From Gemmatales bacterium (GTDB taxonomy: Bacteria; Planctomycetota; Planctomycetia; Gemmatales; HRBIN36), in the NCBI GenBank assembly GCA_041640595.1, contig JBEPZY010000001.1, positions 640,001 through 704,000 on the forward strand: DNA of 64,000 bases, written 5' to 3'. Shown here piece by piece: positions 9,685-20,508 of the stretch; position 1 is the stretch's first letter, and every line of letters starts with the position of its first letter. A program made the translations under genes and the position numbers. Below the pieces are notes generated by a model that was given only the letters and a program-made list of their open reading frames with translations, ran no database searches and was not told the origin of the DNA.

Positions 9685-10635
9685 ATGACACTCATAGACA
9701 CCATTCGCGGTTCGCTCCTGGAAGGATTTCTCCCGGCCGGATGGGACCTGGCCAAAATTGACGCGCTGGCAGGCCGACCACCGGAACGCATTACCGAGCG
9801 CGAACGCTGGTGGCATCCCCAGTTTCAGCCGATCGCATGCAGCGACTTTGCCGATTTCGACGTGCGTATGGGGCATGAGATTGCCCGGGTAATTCAGAAA
9901 GCCCGTCAGCAGGGACGACCGATTGTCTTGATCCTGCCGGTGGGGCCAATGGGTATGTATCGCTGGGCCGTGTACTTCCTCCAGGAATGGGAAGTGGATT
10001 GCTCGCACGTGCACGGCTTCAACATGGACGAATGGTCGGACGCTCAGGGCAATACGTTGCCGCCCACCAGTCCAGGAGCGTTTCAACACGCGATGGAGCA
10101 GGCGTTTTACGGTCCGCTGGGTAATCGCACCGTGCCGCCCAAGCAGCGTCATTTCGCCACCAAAACCGAATTGCCGACCTATGCCCAGCAAATCGCGGAC
10201 TTGCGAAAACAGGGCGCCCAGCTGGTGACCGTCTTCGGTATCGGTCGGGTGTGCCACATTGCTTTCTGGGAGCCGCAATTTGCCGCCGAGTTTGCCAGCG
10301 AAGCGGAATGGAAAGCCCAGACGCACCGTCTGGGGGCGAAATTGCATCCGCTCACCGTCGAACAGAATGCCATCCACAGTTTCAAGAGCCGCACGACGCT
10401 GGTTCCGGCCTTCGCCAACACCATCGGCCCAGCTTTATTCCTGGCCGCGGACTGGATCATCGGCGGTGCGGACGGGGCGTTAGGGCGCGGCATGATGTGG
10501 CAGGGAATGTCGCTGTGGATGACCCTCCACCACGAGCCGACTCCCTGGATTCCCAGTTCTTACATGCCGACGTTACCAGGTAAACTGTTCTTCCTGCAAG
10601 AGCTGGCCGGCCCGCTGATTCCCGAGTGCCACTAG
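9685..10635 (+). CDS. NagB-like glucosamine-6-phosphate isomerase/deaminase family protein
   Basis: LPVGP, FNMDEW and [22 protein letters not shown]. Confidence 0.78.
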   Translation: MTLIDTIRGSLLEGFLPAGWDLAKIDALAGRPPERITERERWWHPQFQPIACSDFADFDVRMGHEIARVIQKARQQGRPIVLILPVGPMGMYRWAVYFLQEWEVDCSHVHGFNMDEWSDAQGNTLPPTSPGAFQHAMEQAFYGPLGNRTVPPKQRHFATKTELPTYAQQIADLRKQGAQLVTVFGIGRVCHIAFWEPQFAAEFASEAEWKAQTHRLGAKLHPLTVEQNAIHSFKSRTTLVPAFANTIGPALFLAADWIIGGADGALGRGMMWQGMSLWMTLHHEPTPWIPSSYMPTLPGKLFFLQELAGPLIPECH

Positions 10636-10837
10636 AAATCGGAAGCCAACCAGGAAGGTTCATCGCCAGCGAGCAACAAAACGGATAGGCTAACCGACGA
10701 TCTTGAATCCTTTCGGCGGACACCGATATGCCGCAGCGTTGGTCGAGCACCAGGATGTCGAAGCAGTGGGCACCGAAGGGGAAGCCGTGCGGCATCGGCA
10801 GGCTGAACACCGCTCCTACCCCGGTAATAATTCGGAA

Positions 10838-11233
10838 CTATCGAGGGGCGATTTCCAAATTCCCGGCAGTAGCTTCTGTCACCGACACTTTCAGAGGCGT
10901 GGTGGAGGCGCTTTGCCACTCTTTCGGAATGCCAGCCGTTTGGTCCTGGTCGTCGAGAACTACTACTTTGTACTGCCCCGGTGCTATCCCCGGGCCCGTC
11001 GGCGGACCCGGAATCTCGAACTCAGCCTTGGGCGGATTGGCCGTGGTGTAGGCTATAATCCCACCCTGGTCATCGCAAAATTGGACTACGACTGGTTTAG
11101 GAAGGTCGCTTGGCAGCACCAATCGTCCACGCACGCCCAGCTTACGAGGTACTTCGCTTGGGCCACCACGTCCACACCCTGCAAGAAACACCCCTATCAA
11201 ACACCAGGAGGCAATCCATATCAGTCTGTGCAT
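10838..11233 (-). CDS. Small lipoprotein, carboxypeptidase-regulatory-like (typical DUF1559 partner)
   Basis: LAGC lipobox, GIAPGQYKVVV and IPKEW...TTPLKVSV. Directly downstream of a DUF1559 gene. Confidence 0.8.
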   Translation of the reverse strand: MHRLIWIASWCLIGVFLAGCGRGGPSEVPRKLGVRGRLVLPSDLPKPVVVQFCDDQGGIIAYTTANPPKAEFEIPGPPTGPGIAPGQYKVVVLDDQDQTAGIPKEWQSASTTPLKVSVTEATAGNLEIAPR

Positions 11234-11262
11234 AGTTCCTTCGAGTCCCCCGTTTGAAGGGT

Positions 11263-12258
11263 TTATTCGAGGTTTTGGAGACTGAAAGCCTGTCCGTCAT
11301 CCCGAACACAGGCCTGCCGCAGGACCACCAGGTCAACGGTGTAACGGATTTTGCGAAGGCTTCGGTCCCCCATTACGGCGTTGAATGAGCCAGGATGAGC
11401 CGAGCCGAACAAGCTGCCGTTTACTGGGCACCCGCACCATCCGATGTCAGGGTCTCCCGTAGGAGGGGGACAAGGCCAGTAACCGAAGACGATTTGCGGC
11501 GCCCCTGCCGGGCCATCCTCCCGGGGGTTGACTGTCCACACGCCGCCGATCGTGTCGCCGTCGAAACCATCTACCCATCCGGAATCATCGTTCCACTGGC
11601 TGCCTCCTTGGGCTCGGCTGTCAAGATATTTCTCGGTTACGAGAATCACATTGCTGGTCCCGTCAGGAACTCCGCCATCCAGACTTACTACCCTGTTCTC
11701 CATAGTAGGCCAGCCGGCTGCGTCAGAGGCGATGACCATACCGCTAGCTGCCCACCATCCGTACGGTGGTGTGTAACCGGTTGGCAACCCTGGGTAAACT
11801 CCATTCGTACCGGCGTTGCCGTGATAATCCATTGGTGCACGACTCGTGCCAGAAATGGTTTGTGGTTTTCGCCGAGCTGGGCAAACGTAAAATGGCAGAA
11901 CTGTATTGGCAACCGTTCCATTGTTCGGATTCAGGAACAGGTCATTGAATTCCATGTATGGCAGAATCTGGTATCCCCACCCCCAGTGCTGGTAAGGCCC
12001 CTGAGCAGGTTGACCACTGATGAAATGCCGGTTCGACCAACACGGCCCACCGCCCGTGGGAAAGTGCTTGTAATCGTTGTGAAAGTTGTGGAAGGCCAGC
12101 GAAATCTGCGCCAGATTGTTCCCGCAGCGTATGCGGTTGGCCGCTTCCCGGACACGCTGAATTGCTGGCAGAAGTAAGGCCATCAGCAGCCCGATGATGG
12201 CAATGACTACCAGCAACTCAATGAGCGTAAAGCCGCCACGATGCTCATTCCGAACCAT
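11263..12258 (-). CDS. DUF1559 prepilin-type N-terminal cleavage/methylation protein
   Basis: [47 protein letters not shown] and FGSAHPG. Confidence 0.95.
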   Translation of the reverse strand: MVRNEHRGGFTLIELLVVIAIIGLLMALLLPAIQRVREAANRIRCGNNLAQISLAFHNFHNDYKHFPTGGGPCWSNRHFISGQPAQGPYQHWGWGYQILPYMEFNDLFLNPNNGTVANTVLPFYVCPARRKPQTISGTSRAPMDYHGNAGTNGVYPGLPTGYTPPYGWWAASGMVIASDAAGWPTMENRVVSLDGGVPDGTSNVILVTEKYLDSRAQGGSQWNDDSGWVDGFDGDTIGGVWTVNPREDGPAGAPQIVFGYWPCPPPTGDPDIGWCGCPVNGSLFGSAHPGSFNAVMGDRSLRKIRYTVDLVVLRQACVRDDGQAFSLQNLE

Positions 12259-12884
12259 GGCCGCATCTCCTGTTGAGTCGGGTATATCATGCCTGAAATA
12301 CACCGTGTCAGAGCGTCTGCACCCGGCGCCCACCTTCTTTATTGTCCTTCCCAGCAGGTCGAACGTCAAGCCGAAAAGAAGATTTCCTGAAAGTCGTTTG
12401 ACCCCGATGCATGGCCTGAACGGCGGCGGGGCCGAATTGCGGAAGTTTGTCGGCTAATTGCATCATTCTCGTGCATGGGTAGCTGTTATTTTCGGTCTGG
12501 CATAGCTTGGTGCCGCGCATGGTTCCATGTTATTTGCACTGGCTGCCAGACTCGCGGTTTTTGATTGGGTAACGGGCCTTCTGATGGAGACAACCGGTAG
12601 CTACGAAGATCAGTGAACGCTAAGTTTTGCTTTTGGCAGTGGCATAGTGGATGAAATTAATTCTGCTTCTGCACTCGCTGTGGTTTACGGAGGGGTTGAA
12701 AACGCAGGCGGGGTGTCAGGCTTGTCAGTTTTCGGTGTTTCCAGAGGCTGGATTCCCTGCCTGGCTTCGCGCGCATGGGGGCTGGCCGGAAAAGGTCGAC
12801 GAATACGTCCAACTAGATCCCTTGCTCGGCTTCGCGTGCATGCCTATGCTCAAAATGGTCGCCATTCGACACGCTTAGGAGCAT

Positions 12885-14312
12885 GTGGCCTGTGACTTTT
12901 CCCATGACGAGACAACCGTGAACGAAGCCGTGTATCAGCGCTGCATCGAGAACCAGTGCGGCGGAACGCTGGCCGCCGAGGATACGCGCTTTGTCTGCCC
13001 GCGTTGCGGCTCGCTGGTGGATGTAGCTTACGACTGGTCGCGGCTGCCCGTTCCCGATTCGCTTACTTTTTTTGAAAAGCGATGGAGCGAGCGAAATGAT
13101 CCGCTGGCTCTTAGCGGCGTCTGGCGCTTCCGCGAACTGCTGCCGTTTGCCGAATCGCATTGGGTAATGACCATTGGCGAGGGGCAGACCATCCTGCAAC
13201 GTGCCGATGGACTTTGCTCCTACGTGGACATGGAGCGGGGACGGTTGTTTCTGCAATACGAGGGAATGAACCCGTCGGGAAGTTTCAAGGACAACGGGAT
13301 GACGGCGGCGTTTACGCACGCTCGCATGGTCGGAGCCAGGCGTGCTGCCTGCGCTTCTACGGGCAACACCAGCGCTTCGCTAGCGGTGTTTTGTTCAGCG
13401 ACAGGGTTGATGCGAGCAATCATTTTCATCGGCGCTGGCAAAATCGCTTATGGCAAACTGGCCCAGGCACTCGACCACGGCGCCCTGACCATCCAGATAG
13501 CCGGCGATTTCGATGACGCCATGCAGCGCGTGCAGCAGGTCAGCCGACAACTCGGCATTTACCTGGTCAACAGCATCAATCCCTTCCGCCTGGAAGGGCA
13601 GAAGACCATTATGTATCGCGTGCTGGAAGGACTGCGTTGGGAAGTGCCGGACTGGGTTATCGTCCCCGGCGGCAACCTGGGCAACGTCAGCGCTTTCGGC
13701 AAGGCTTTTTATGAACTGCACCAACTGGGTTTGATTCCACGCCTGCCACGTCTGGCAGTGGTGAACGCCAGCGGCGCCAACACACTCTACCAGCTGTACG
13801 AAAAAATGCGAATTCGCTGGAACGACGGCAACTGGCCCAAACAGCAGGTGCAGCAGTTTTTTGCACAAATGCAAGCAGAACACCGCCGGGCTTCCACTAT
13901 CGCCAGTGCTATCGAAATCAATCATCCAGTGAATTTGCCGAAGGCCTTGCGAGCCCTGCAATGGTGTGATGGAGTCGTTTGCGAGGTAACGGACCAGGAA
14001 ATCCTCGATGCCAAAGCACAGGTCGGCAGACACGGTCTGGGTTGCGAGCCGGCCAGTGCAGCCAGTGTGGCCGGTCTAAAATGCCTCCGTCAGCAAGGCG
14101 TGATCGGCAAAGATGAGCGAGTAGTGTGCGTGTTGACTGGACATCAACTCAAAGACCCCACGGCAACGGTCGCCTACCATAGCACCGACCCGCAGTTGTT
14201 CGAGGAAGTGCTGGGGCGGCGCGGTGTGCGGCGTCCGACGTTCGCTAACCGTGCCGTTCAGGTACCCAATGATTTGAACGAAATCATCAAGGCGATTGAA
14301 CTCTATGCCTGA
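12885..14312 (+). CDS. thrC: Threonine synthase
   Basis: N-terminal Cys ribbon, [11 protein letters not shown] lysine, [20 protein letters not shown] and LTGHQLKDP. The start may be GTG 12918. Confidence 0.92.
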   Translation: MACDFSHDETTVNEAVYQRCIENQCGGTLAAEDTRFVCPRCGSLVDVAYDWSRLPVPDSLTFFEKRWSERNDPLALSGVWRFRELLPFAESHWVMTIGEGQTILQRADGLCSYVDMERGRLFLQYEGMNPSGSFKDNGMTAAFTHARMVGARRAACASTGNTSASLAVFCSATGLMRAIIFIGAGKIAYGKLAQALDHGALTIQIAGDFDDAMQRVQQVSRQLGIYLVNSINPFRLEGQKTIMYRVLEGLRWEVPDWVIVPGGNLGNVSAFGKAFYELHQLGLIPRLPRLAVVNASGANTLYQLYEKMRIRWNDGNWPKQQVQQFFAQMQAEHRRASTIASAIEINHPVNLPKALRALQWCDGVVCEVTDQEILDAKAQVGRHGLGCEPASAASVAGLKCLRQQGVIGKDERVVCVLTGHQLKDPTATVAYHSTDPQLFEEVLGRRGVRRPTFANRAVQVPNDLNEIIKAIELYA

Positions 14313-15240
14313 ATCGAGCCTGCCGCAGATAGACCTGTCCGTACAAATCGGAAGCCTGAAGCTTCGCAACCCTATTCTGGTTGCGTCAGGCACATTCGGG
14401 TATGGCCGGGAAATGGCCGGAGCAGTGGACTATTCCCGGCTGGGCGGCCTGATTCCCAAAACGATTACCCTGCACCCCCGTATCGGCAACGCTCCGCCAC
14501 GCAGCGTCGAAACACCGTGCGGCATGCTCAACTCCATCGGTCTGGACAATGATGGCATCGAGCATTTCCTGGCCCATCACCTTCCCTACTTGCGGACCTT
14601 GCCGACCGCCATTATCGTCAACGTCGCAGGAAAATCCGCGGCGGAGTTTGCCCAGCTGGCGGAACGGTTGTCGGCTGAACCAGGTATTGCCGCCATCGAG
14701 CTGAATCTTTCGTGTCCCAACGTGTCCGGCGGACTGGATTTCGCCACGGATGCCCGAATCACTTATGAGGTAGTACGGCAGGTGTGTCAGGTTTCTCGGC
14801 TGCCAGTCTGGGCGAAACTCACGCCCAACGTCACCGACATTGTTCCCATCGCGCACGCGGCTGCCGAGGCCGGAGCGGAAGCCATTTCGCTGGTAAACAC
14901 CTTCGTCGGCATGGCCGTGGATTGGCGAAAGCGGCGACCGATCCTGGGCAATGTCACCGGAGGTCTGAGCGGCCCGGCTATCAAACCGCTCGCCCTCCGT
15001 TTCGTCTGGCAAGCAGCTCGCGCTGTGAATATCCCCGTCATCGGTATCGGCGGTATTACCACCCTGGACGACGTCATGGAGTTTCTCATAGTCGGAGCCA
15101 GCGCCGTCCAGATCGGCACCGCTAACTTCTTCGACCCGACTGTCACCATGCGCATCGCGGATGCGCTCCCGCAGGCTCTGCAAACACTTGGCGCTGATTC
15201 CGTTCGCAGCATTATCGGTACGCTGCAAGTCGCCACGTAA
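14305..15240 (+). CDS. pyrD: Dihydroorotate dehydrogenase, family 1
   Basis: [25 protein letters not shown] and [10 protein letters not shown]. Start overlaps the thrC stop. Confidence 0.95.
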   Translation: MPESSLPQIDLSVQIGSLKLRNPILVASGTFGYGREMAGAVDYSRLGGLIPKTITLHPRIGNAPPRSVETPCGMLNSIGLDNDGIEHFLAHHLPYLRTLPTAIIVNVAGKSAAEFAQLAERLSAEPGIAAIELNLSCPNVSGGLDFATDARITYEVVRQVCQVSRLPVWAKLTPNVTDIVPIAHAAAEAGAEAISLVNTFVGMAVDWRKRRPILGNVTGGLSGPAIKPLALRFVWQAARAVNIPVIGIGGITTLDDVMEFLIVGASAVQIGTANFFDPTVTMRIADALPQALQTLGADSVRSIIGTLQVAT

Positions 15241-15425
15241 CTGCGTTCGACACGTCTGCCCTGAGCGGGATGTTGCAGCCACTACACGCCGGTGTTGCAC
15301 CTCTGGTTGAACCAGCAAGGATTGCCCAGGCCATTCCCGGCGTCAGGATCGGCTGCTTCTTGGCCACAAATACTCGCAGTTTGGCAAATCATCGCGGGCG
15401 AAACCATACGGCATAACATAACTGC

Positions 15426-16256
15426 ATGAGCGATACACCGGCGACCGAGCAAACCGCTTATCTGGTACTGGACGTGGAAAGCGTTCCTGATGGCAAGCTG
15501 ATCCGCATGTTACGCTACCCGCACGAAGCGATCAGCGATGAGGAAGCCATTGCCCGGTACCAGCAGGAACGGTTGGCGGAGACTGGGCGCGATTTTATTC
15601 CGGTTACCTTCCAGGTGCCGGTGGCGATCTGCGTGGCTCGTGTGGCGCAAGATTGCCGATTGCAGCGACTGACTCGCATCGGGGAACCGGAGTTTCGACA
15701 CACACCAGGAGAACTGGTGCGGCAATTCTGGGCTGGCCTGGAAAAAGTTTTCGCCGAAAGCCAACCGATTCTCGTCACTTTCAACGGCCGCACCTTCGAT
15801 TTGCCCCTCCTGGAGCTGGCGGCTTTCCGCTACGGTGTTGCTGCCCCGCAGTATTTCAGCTCGGATCGGCGAATTCGCAATCGCTTCGGCGACGGGCACC
15901 TCGACCTGTACGAATTGCTCAGCAATTTCGGTGCGGTGCGACTGACCGGCGGATTGGAATTGTTTTCGCACATGCTCGGCAAGCCCGGCAAGTTTCATCT
16001 TTCGGGCGAACAGGTCTATGACTGTTACCGCGCAGGGCGCCTGGCCGAAATCAACGACTACTGCGCCTACGACGTGCTCGACACCTACTTCGTCTTCCTG
16101 CGGACACGTGTGCTGGTGGGCCAGATTACGCTGGAGCAAGAACAGCAACTGGTACGGCAAACGCGAGTCCAGCTGGAACACTGGAGCCGTGAACCGCAAG
16201 GGGCATATCTGCAGCGGTATCTGGGGCACTGGGGCGACTGGCAACCCTGGCCGTGA
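15426..16256 (+). CDS. Stand-alone PolB-like 3'-5' exonuclease
   Basis: DEDDy motifs VLDVES, TFNGRTFDLP, HLDL and YCAYDV. Confidence 0.85.
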   Translation: MSDTPATEQTAYLVLDVESVPDGKLIRMLRYPHEAISDEEAIARYQQERLAETGRDFIPVTFQVPVAICVARVAQDCRLQRLTRIGEPEFRHTPGELVRQFWAGLEKVFAESQPILVTFNGRTFDLPLLELAAFRYGVAAPQYFSSDRRIRNRFGDGHLDLYELLSNFGAVRLTGGLELFSHMLGKPGKFHLSGEQVYDCYRAGRLAEINDYCAYDVLDTYFVFLRTRVLVGQITLEQEQQLVRQTRVQLEHWSREPQGAYLQRYLGHWGDWQPWP

Positions 16257-16347
16257 CAATTTTCTCTACCCCAAGCACGCAGGCTTATCCCTGCCGCGGT
16301 CGACTGGCACACTGACCGGAAGAGTTCCGCGGACAAAGGGTCTGGCG

Positions 16348-17061
16348 ATGTGGCTTTGCGATAGGCGACATCGTGAGCCGGAGTGTATGGACGACCCCTT
16401 GCTGGATGCCGATCAGCATCGCCAGGCGTTGCGCGAGCTGGCTCGGTTGAATCGTTGGAGCCTGGCGGCCTGGCATCTGTTTCAGCGATTACGGCATTTG
16501 GCTCAGGAATTGGCAACGGGCTTGCGGATTCTCGATCTGGCCACCGGTGGTGGGGATGTGCCCCTGGTACTGGCCGAATATGCTCGCCGGCATGGTTACG
16601 CCTGGGAGATTGCCGGCTGTGATGTCAGCGCCACCGCCATCGCTTACGCCAACGAACAGGCTAATCGTCGGCAGCTGCCCGTTCGTTTTTTCCTCTGCAA
16701 CGTGCTCCGCGAAGATTGGCCCGAAGACTGGGACGTGGTGATGTGCTCGTTGTTTCTGCACCATTTGAGCGAGGAGGAAACCTTGCAGCTGCTCAAGCGT
16801 ATGGGGCGTTCGGCGAAGCGGTTGGTGCTGGTCAGCGACCTGGAGCGAAGCGCGGTAAACTATGCGCTGGTTTGGACAGCAACTCGGTTACTGTGCCGGT
16901 CGCCGGTTGTTCGCACGGATGGGCCGATCTCTGTGCGTGCGGCGTATAGCATAGCAGAGGTGCTGCGGCTGGCGAAAGCAGCCTGGGGAACGGGCTTTCG
17001 TTTATGGCGTCGGCCACCTGCTCGCTGGCTCCTGCAGTATCGGCGCATGGGGGCGGGATGA
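16348..17061 (+). CDS. SAM-dependent methyltransferase of type III PKS cluster
   Basis: REPECMDDP, ILDLATGGGD, SLFLHHL and DGPISVRAAY. Confidence 0.88.
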   Translation: MWLCDRRHREPECMDDPLLDADQHRQALRELARLNRWSLAAWHLFQRLRHLAQELATGLRILDLATGGGDVPLVLAEYARRHGYAWEIAGCDVSATAIAYANEQANRRQLPVRFFLCNVLREDWPEDWDVVMCSLFLHHLSEEETLQLLKRMGRSAKRLVLVSDLERSAVNYALVWTATRLLCRSPVVRTDGPISVRAAYSIAEVLRLAKAAWGTGFRLWRRPPARWLLQYRRMGAG

Positions 17062-18206
17062 CTGAGGTCTGGGATGTTATCGTAATTGGCCTGGGACCAG
17101 CGGGGGCCATGACTGCGTACCTGGCCGCGCGAACCGGTCGGCGTGTCTTGGCGGTAGATCGCGCACTGTTCCCACGGGACAAGGTCTGCGGTTGCTGTGT
17201 CAGTCACCGGGCACTGCGTGTGTTGCAAACCTGCGGTCTGAAGCCGAACTGGTCCGCCGTGCCGCTACGTTGCGTCCAACTGCATGCCGGGCGCACCCAC
17301 CTCATTTTGCCGTTACCGGGTGGTCTGGTAATCTCGCGTTGCCAGCTGGATTTCGCCCTGCTGCAACATGCCCAATCGGCTGGGGCGGAAATTCGTACGG
17401 GTTGCGAAGCGCGACTGAGGGAATGTCAGCGGCACGCACGCATCGTTCATTTGCTTGTTCCCAGCCAGCCGCCGCAACAGGTGTTGGCCGACCTCATCGT
17501 TCTCGCAGACGGTCTATCCGGCACCGCAGCCCGCCGCAGCAGGGAATCATACTGGCCAGGTCAGGCACTCCGGCGATTTGGAGCGGCTTGCCATCTCCCG
17601 CCTGAGGATTACTGGCAACCGGGCACAGTCTATCTTGCTTACGCGGACGGAGAATACGTCGGCATCACGCGCCTGGCCGATGGTCAACTACTATTGGCCG
17701 CCGCCTGGCATTACCGATCGGGCAAACTCCGCTCCCTGTCGCAAGGAGCAGCGCAGGTGCTGCGCCGTTGCGGTTTGCCCATACCGCAAGGCTTATGGCA
17801 AGCGGTCTGGAAAGGGACGCCGCCATTCCGTCGGCCAGGCGTATCAGCTGGCGAACGTGTTCTCGCTGTCGGTGATGCCGCCGGTTACATTGAGCCACTC
17901 ACGGGGGAAGGCATCACCTGGGCACTGGAATCGGCGTGGCAACTCGGCCAGCTGCTGACCAGGTATCCCGCATGGTCGCCGGAATTGGCCCAGGCTTGGC
18001 AACAATACCTCACCCAGGAGCTCGCCCGCCGCCAACGCTGGGCGCGATATATCTCGCGCTTGCTCGATCATCCCGGTCTGACACGAGCGGTACTTATGGG
18101 GCTGCGCATGCTGCCGGCCTGTGGGCAATGGTTGATTCGACAACTGCATGACCACGCCGATGCTTTGGCTAGTGCGGATTTTTCAGTCCGACCACGGCCC
18201 TTGTAA
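17058..18206 (+). CDS. FAD-dependent oxidoreductase (geranylgeranyl reductase-like)
   Basis: VIGLGPAG, FPRDKVCG and VGDAAGYIEPLTGEGI. ATGA overlap with the upstream gene. Confidence 0.9.
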   Translation: MTEVWDVIVIGLGPAGAMTAYLAARTGRRVLAVDRALFPRDKVCGCCVSHRALRVLQTCGLKPNWSAVPLRCVQLHAGRTHLILPLPGGLVISRCQLDFALLQHAQSAGAEIRTGCEARLRECQRHARIVHLLVPSQPPQQVLADLIVLADGLSGTAARRSRESYWPGQALRRFGAACHLPPEDYWQPGTVYLAYADGEYVGITRLADGQLLLAAAWHYRSGKLRSLSQGAAQVLRRCGLPIPQGLWQAVWKGTPPFRRPGVSAGERVLAVGDAAGYIEPLTGEGITWALESAWQLGQLLTRYPAWSPELAQAWQQYLTQELARRQRWARYISRLLDHPGLTRAVLMGLRMLPACGQWLIRQLHDHADALASADFSVRPRPL

Positions 18207-18235
18207 TTCCACTAACGCTTTCACGGAGAAGCCCC

Positions 18236-19390
18236 ATGACCAATGTTGCGATTCTCGGCTGGGGTTGTGCTGTGCCGGAGCATTGCGTCTCGCAACTGCA
18301 AGCTGCCGAATGCCTGCTGGCAGCTGCACCGCCGGTCATTCGCCAGCACGAAGAACGATGGCGACGCATTTTTGAGCATTCCCGGATTCGCAAGCGGCAC
18401 ACCGTGGTCACCCGCGAAACCTTACGACAATGGCAACAGAGCAACCTTAGCGGTGCCGAAAATCCTTTGCCCGTCCGCGGGTCAACCGAAGCACGCGACG
18501 TTATACCTCATGCGACCGACGCCGCACAAAATGGGCGAGCCGGTCCCACAACCGCTCTGCGCATGCGTTTCTACCATGAGTATGCGGCCGAACTGGCGGA
18601 ACCAGCGACACGGCAGGCACTGACGGAATCGGGATGTCCTCCAGAGGCCGTCACCCATCTCATCACCGCTTCGTGCACCGGATTCAGTGCTCCTGGAGTT
18701 GACGTTCAACTCATTCAGCGCTTGGGGTTGCCCGCTGAGGTCGCGCGGTTGCATGTCGGGTACATGGGTTGTCATGCGGCGATCAATGCCTTACGTGCCG
18801 CTCAGGGATTTCTTGCTCATTGCCCGACCGGTCGTGTGCTGCTTTGCTGCGTGGAACTTTGCAGCTTGCACTGGCAATACACAGCCGAGGCAGAAAAGTG
18901 GCTGGGTAACGTCCTGTTCGCTGACGGCGCCGCGGCGTTAGTGTTGGCTAACACTGGCCCACCGGATACGTGGAAACTCACCGCTACCGGCAGCACCCTG
19001 CTCGCCAATACCTACGAACTGATGAGCTGGACCATTGGTGACCAGGGCTTCGAAATGTACGTCTCACCGCAATTGCCGGTTGTGCTACCGAGATATTTAC
19101 GCGACTGGCTCGGCGACTGGCTGCGGCGACACGGCTGGTCAGTGGACCGGATCGGTTCCTGGGCGATTCATCCCGGCGGGCCAAAAATCCTGGAAGCGGT
19201 CGCGGCTGCACTCGAACTTTCCCCTGCCGCTCTCGAAGCCTCCTGGCACATCTTAAGCGAGTACGGCAACATGTCGTCCCCGAGCGTGCTGTTTGTGCTG
19301 GAGCATTTACGGCGACACAACGCGCCGCGGCCAGCGCTGGCACTCGCCTTCGGCCCCGGCCTTACTCTGGAAGTCGCCCTGTTCGAGTGA
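18236..19390 (+). CDS. Type III polyketide synthase
   Basis: Cys-His-Asn triad in MGCHAA, WAIHPGG and YGNMSS, plus AFGPGL. Confidence 0.95.
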   Translation: MTNVAILGWGCAVPEHCVSQLQAAECLLAAAPPVIRQHEERWRRIFEHSRIRKRHTVVTRETLRQWQQSNLSGAENPLPVRGSTEARDVIPHATDAAQNGRAGPTTALRMRFYHEYAAELAEPATRQALTESGCPPEAVTHLITASCTGFSAPGVDVQLIQRLGLPAEVARLHVGYMGCHAAINALRAAQGFLAHCPTGRVLLCCVELCSLHWQYTAEAEKWLGNVLFADGAAALVLANTGPPDTWKLTATGSTLLANTYELMSWTIGDQGFEMYVSPQLPVVLPRYLRDWLGDWLRRHGWSVDRIGSWAIHPGGPKILEAVAAALELSPAALEASWHILSEYGNMSSPSVLFVLEHLRRHNAPRPALALAFGPGLTLEVALFE

Positions 19391-19696
19391 AGTCGGCTAA
19401 GCCCTGCCTGTCCACCATCGGGCAATTTGTACGCGCATTACACGGCCTGTCGGTAGCGTATATCCAACCAGTCTGAACGTTGGCACACATGGGCTGGCTA
19501 CCGCTAACTCGACAGGGACGAGCTATCGGTACGGTTAGGCCAACCAACCGGGATGCCACAGGTAATCAACGTTGGCGATTCGCCAGCTCCAACCAGTTAC
19601 CGTTCGCATGGGTGTGAGGAAAACACAGGGGGAAACTGGTTGCTATAACCACGGGGTTCCACAACGTTGTTCGGGGGCAGCTTGCGTTTATCCGAG

Positions 19697-19786
19697 CGGA
19701 GAGGGCGGGATTCGAACCCGCGAGGGGGCTGTAAACCCCCTACCGATTTAGCAAACCGGCGCCTTCGGCCACTCGGCCACCTCTCC
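19697..19786 (-). tRNA. tRNA-Ser(GCT)
   Basis: Reverse complement GGAGAGG...CCGGT-TTGCTAA-ATCGG, long variable arm, GTTCGAAT. Confidence 0.97.
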
Positions 19787-19794
19787 GGTACGAG

Positions 19795-19867
19795 TGGACA
19801 GGGCCGGAATCGAACCGGCGACCTAGGCGTTTTCAGCGCCTCGCTCTACCAACTGAGCTACCTGTCC
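19795..19867 (-). tRNA. tRNA-Phe(GAA)
   Basis: Reverse complement GGACAGGTAGCTCAGTTGGTAGAGC, AGGCG-CTGAAAA-CGCCT, GTTCGATT. Confidence 0.97.
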
Positions 19868-20508
19868 ACTGGCCAGTTACAATCATGGCAGCCGACCATA
19901 TTCTACGTTCGTCTCGCCGATTGCCAAGTCTGAAAGACGTAGAATCTGCCTCAGCCAATCAAGCCAAGCACGGAACGTGACCGACCGGCACAATCAGCCG
20001 CGGCCGTAGCTGCTTCGCTCCTGCTCCCCAATAGATTGTAACCCTGTGCAGTGCGCTTGCCCTCATTTGATTTTCGGTGCGGGAAAATGGCAGGTTTTGC
20101 AACGCTTGGCACGAGTCGGGAGCAGTTTGCCGCATTTCGGACAGCGACGTTGTCGCAAAAGTTTCTTGCGTCTGGTTCGAGGACGAGTTTGCATCGTGTA
20201 ATTTCCTCCATTGAATCGGCAGGCCGAAATCGCTCATCGGCCAAACTCTGCACTTGATGGTGCGATAATTCGCAGTGGTGGTTTTCCGCCTGTACCGCGT
20301 TGCGCTTTGGGCATTTGCACCGACAAGTTTCGGGCAAACTATAGTAGTCCGCATTGCCCACTCTGGAAAGGTGCATCCGAGTCTCAGCAAAACTCAGTAA
20401 TCTGGCCGGCTGCAAAAACGAACTACGTTCCCCGCTCGAGCACGGTTACCCTTGTCTAATCGGCAGCTACCAGCGTTTCGTCAGCCGAGACGCGAGCGAG
20501 GGTGGGTG

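Noticed and set aside
5354..19867. All four tRNAs lack an encoded CCA
   Set aside because: Common in this and many other lineages, and not informative.
19868..20508. Short ORFs upstream of tRNA-Phe (also 12260-12884 and 31929-32483)
   Set aside because: No RBS or protein-like motifs, so treated as intergenic.
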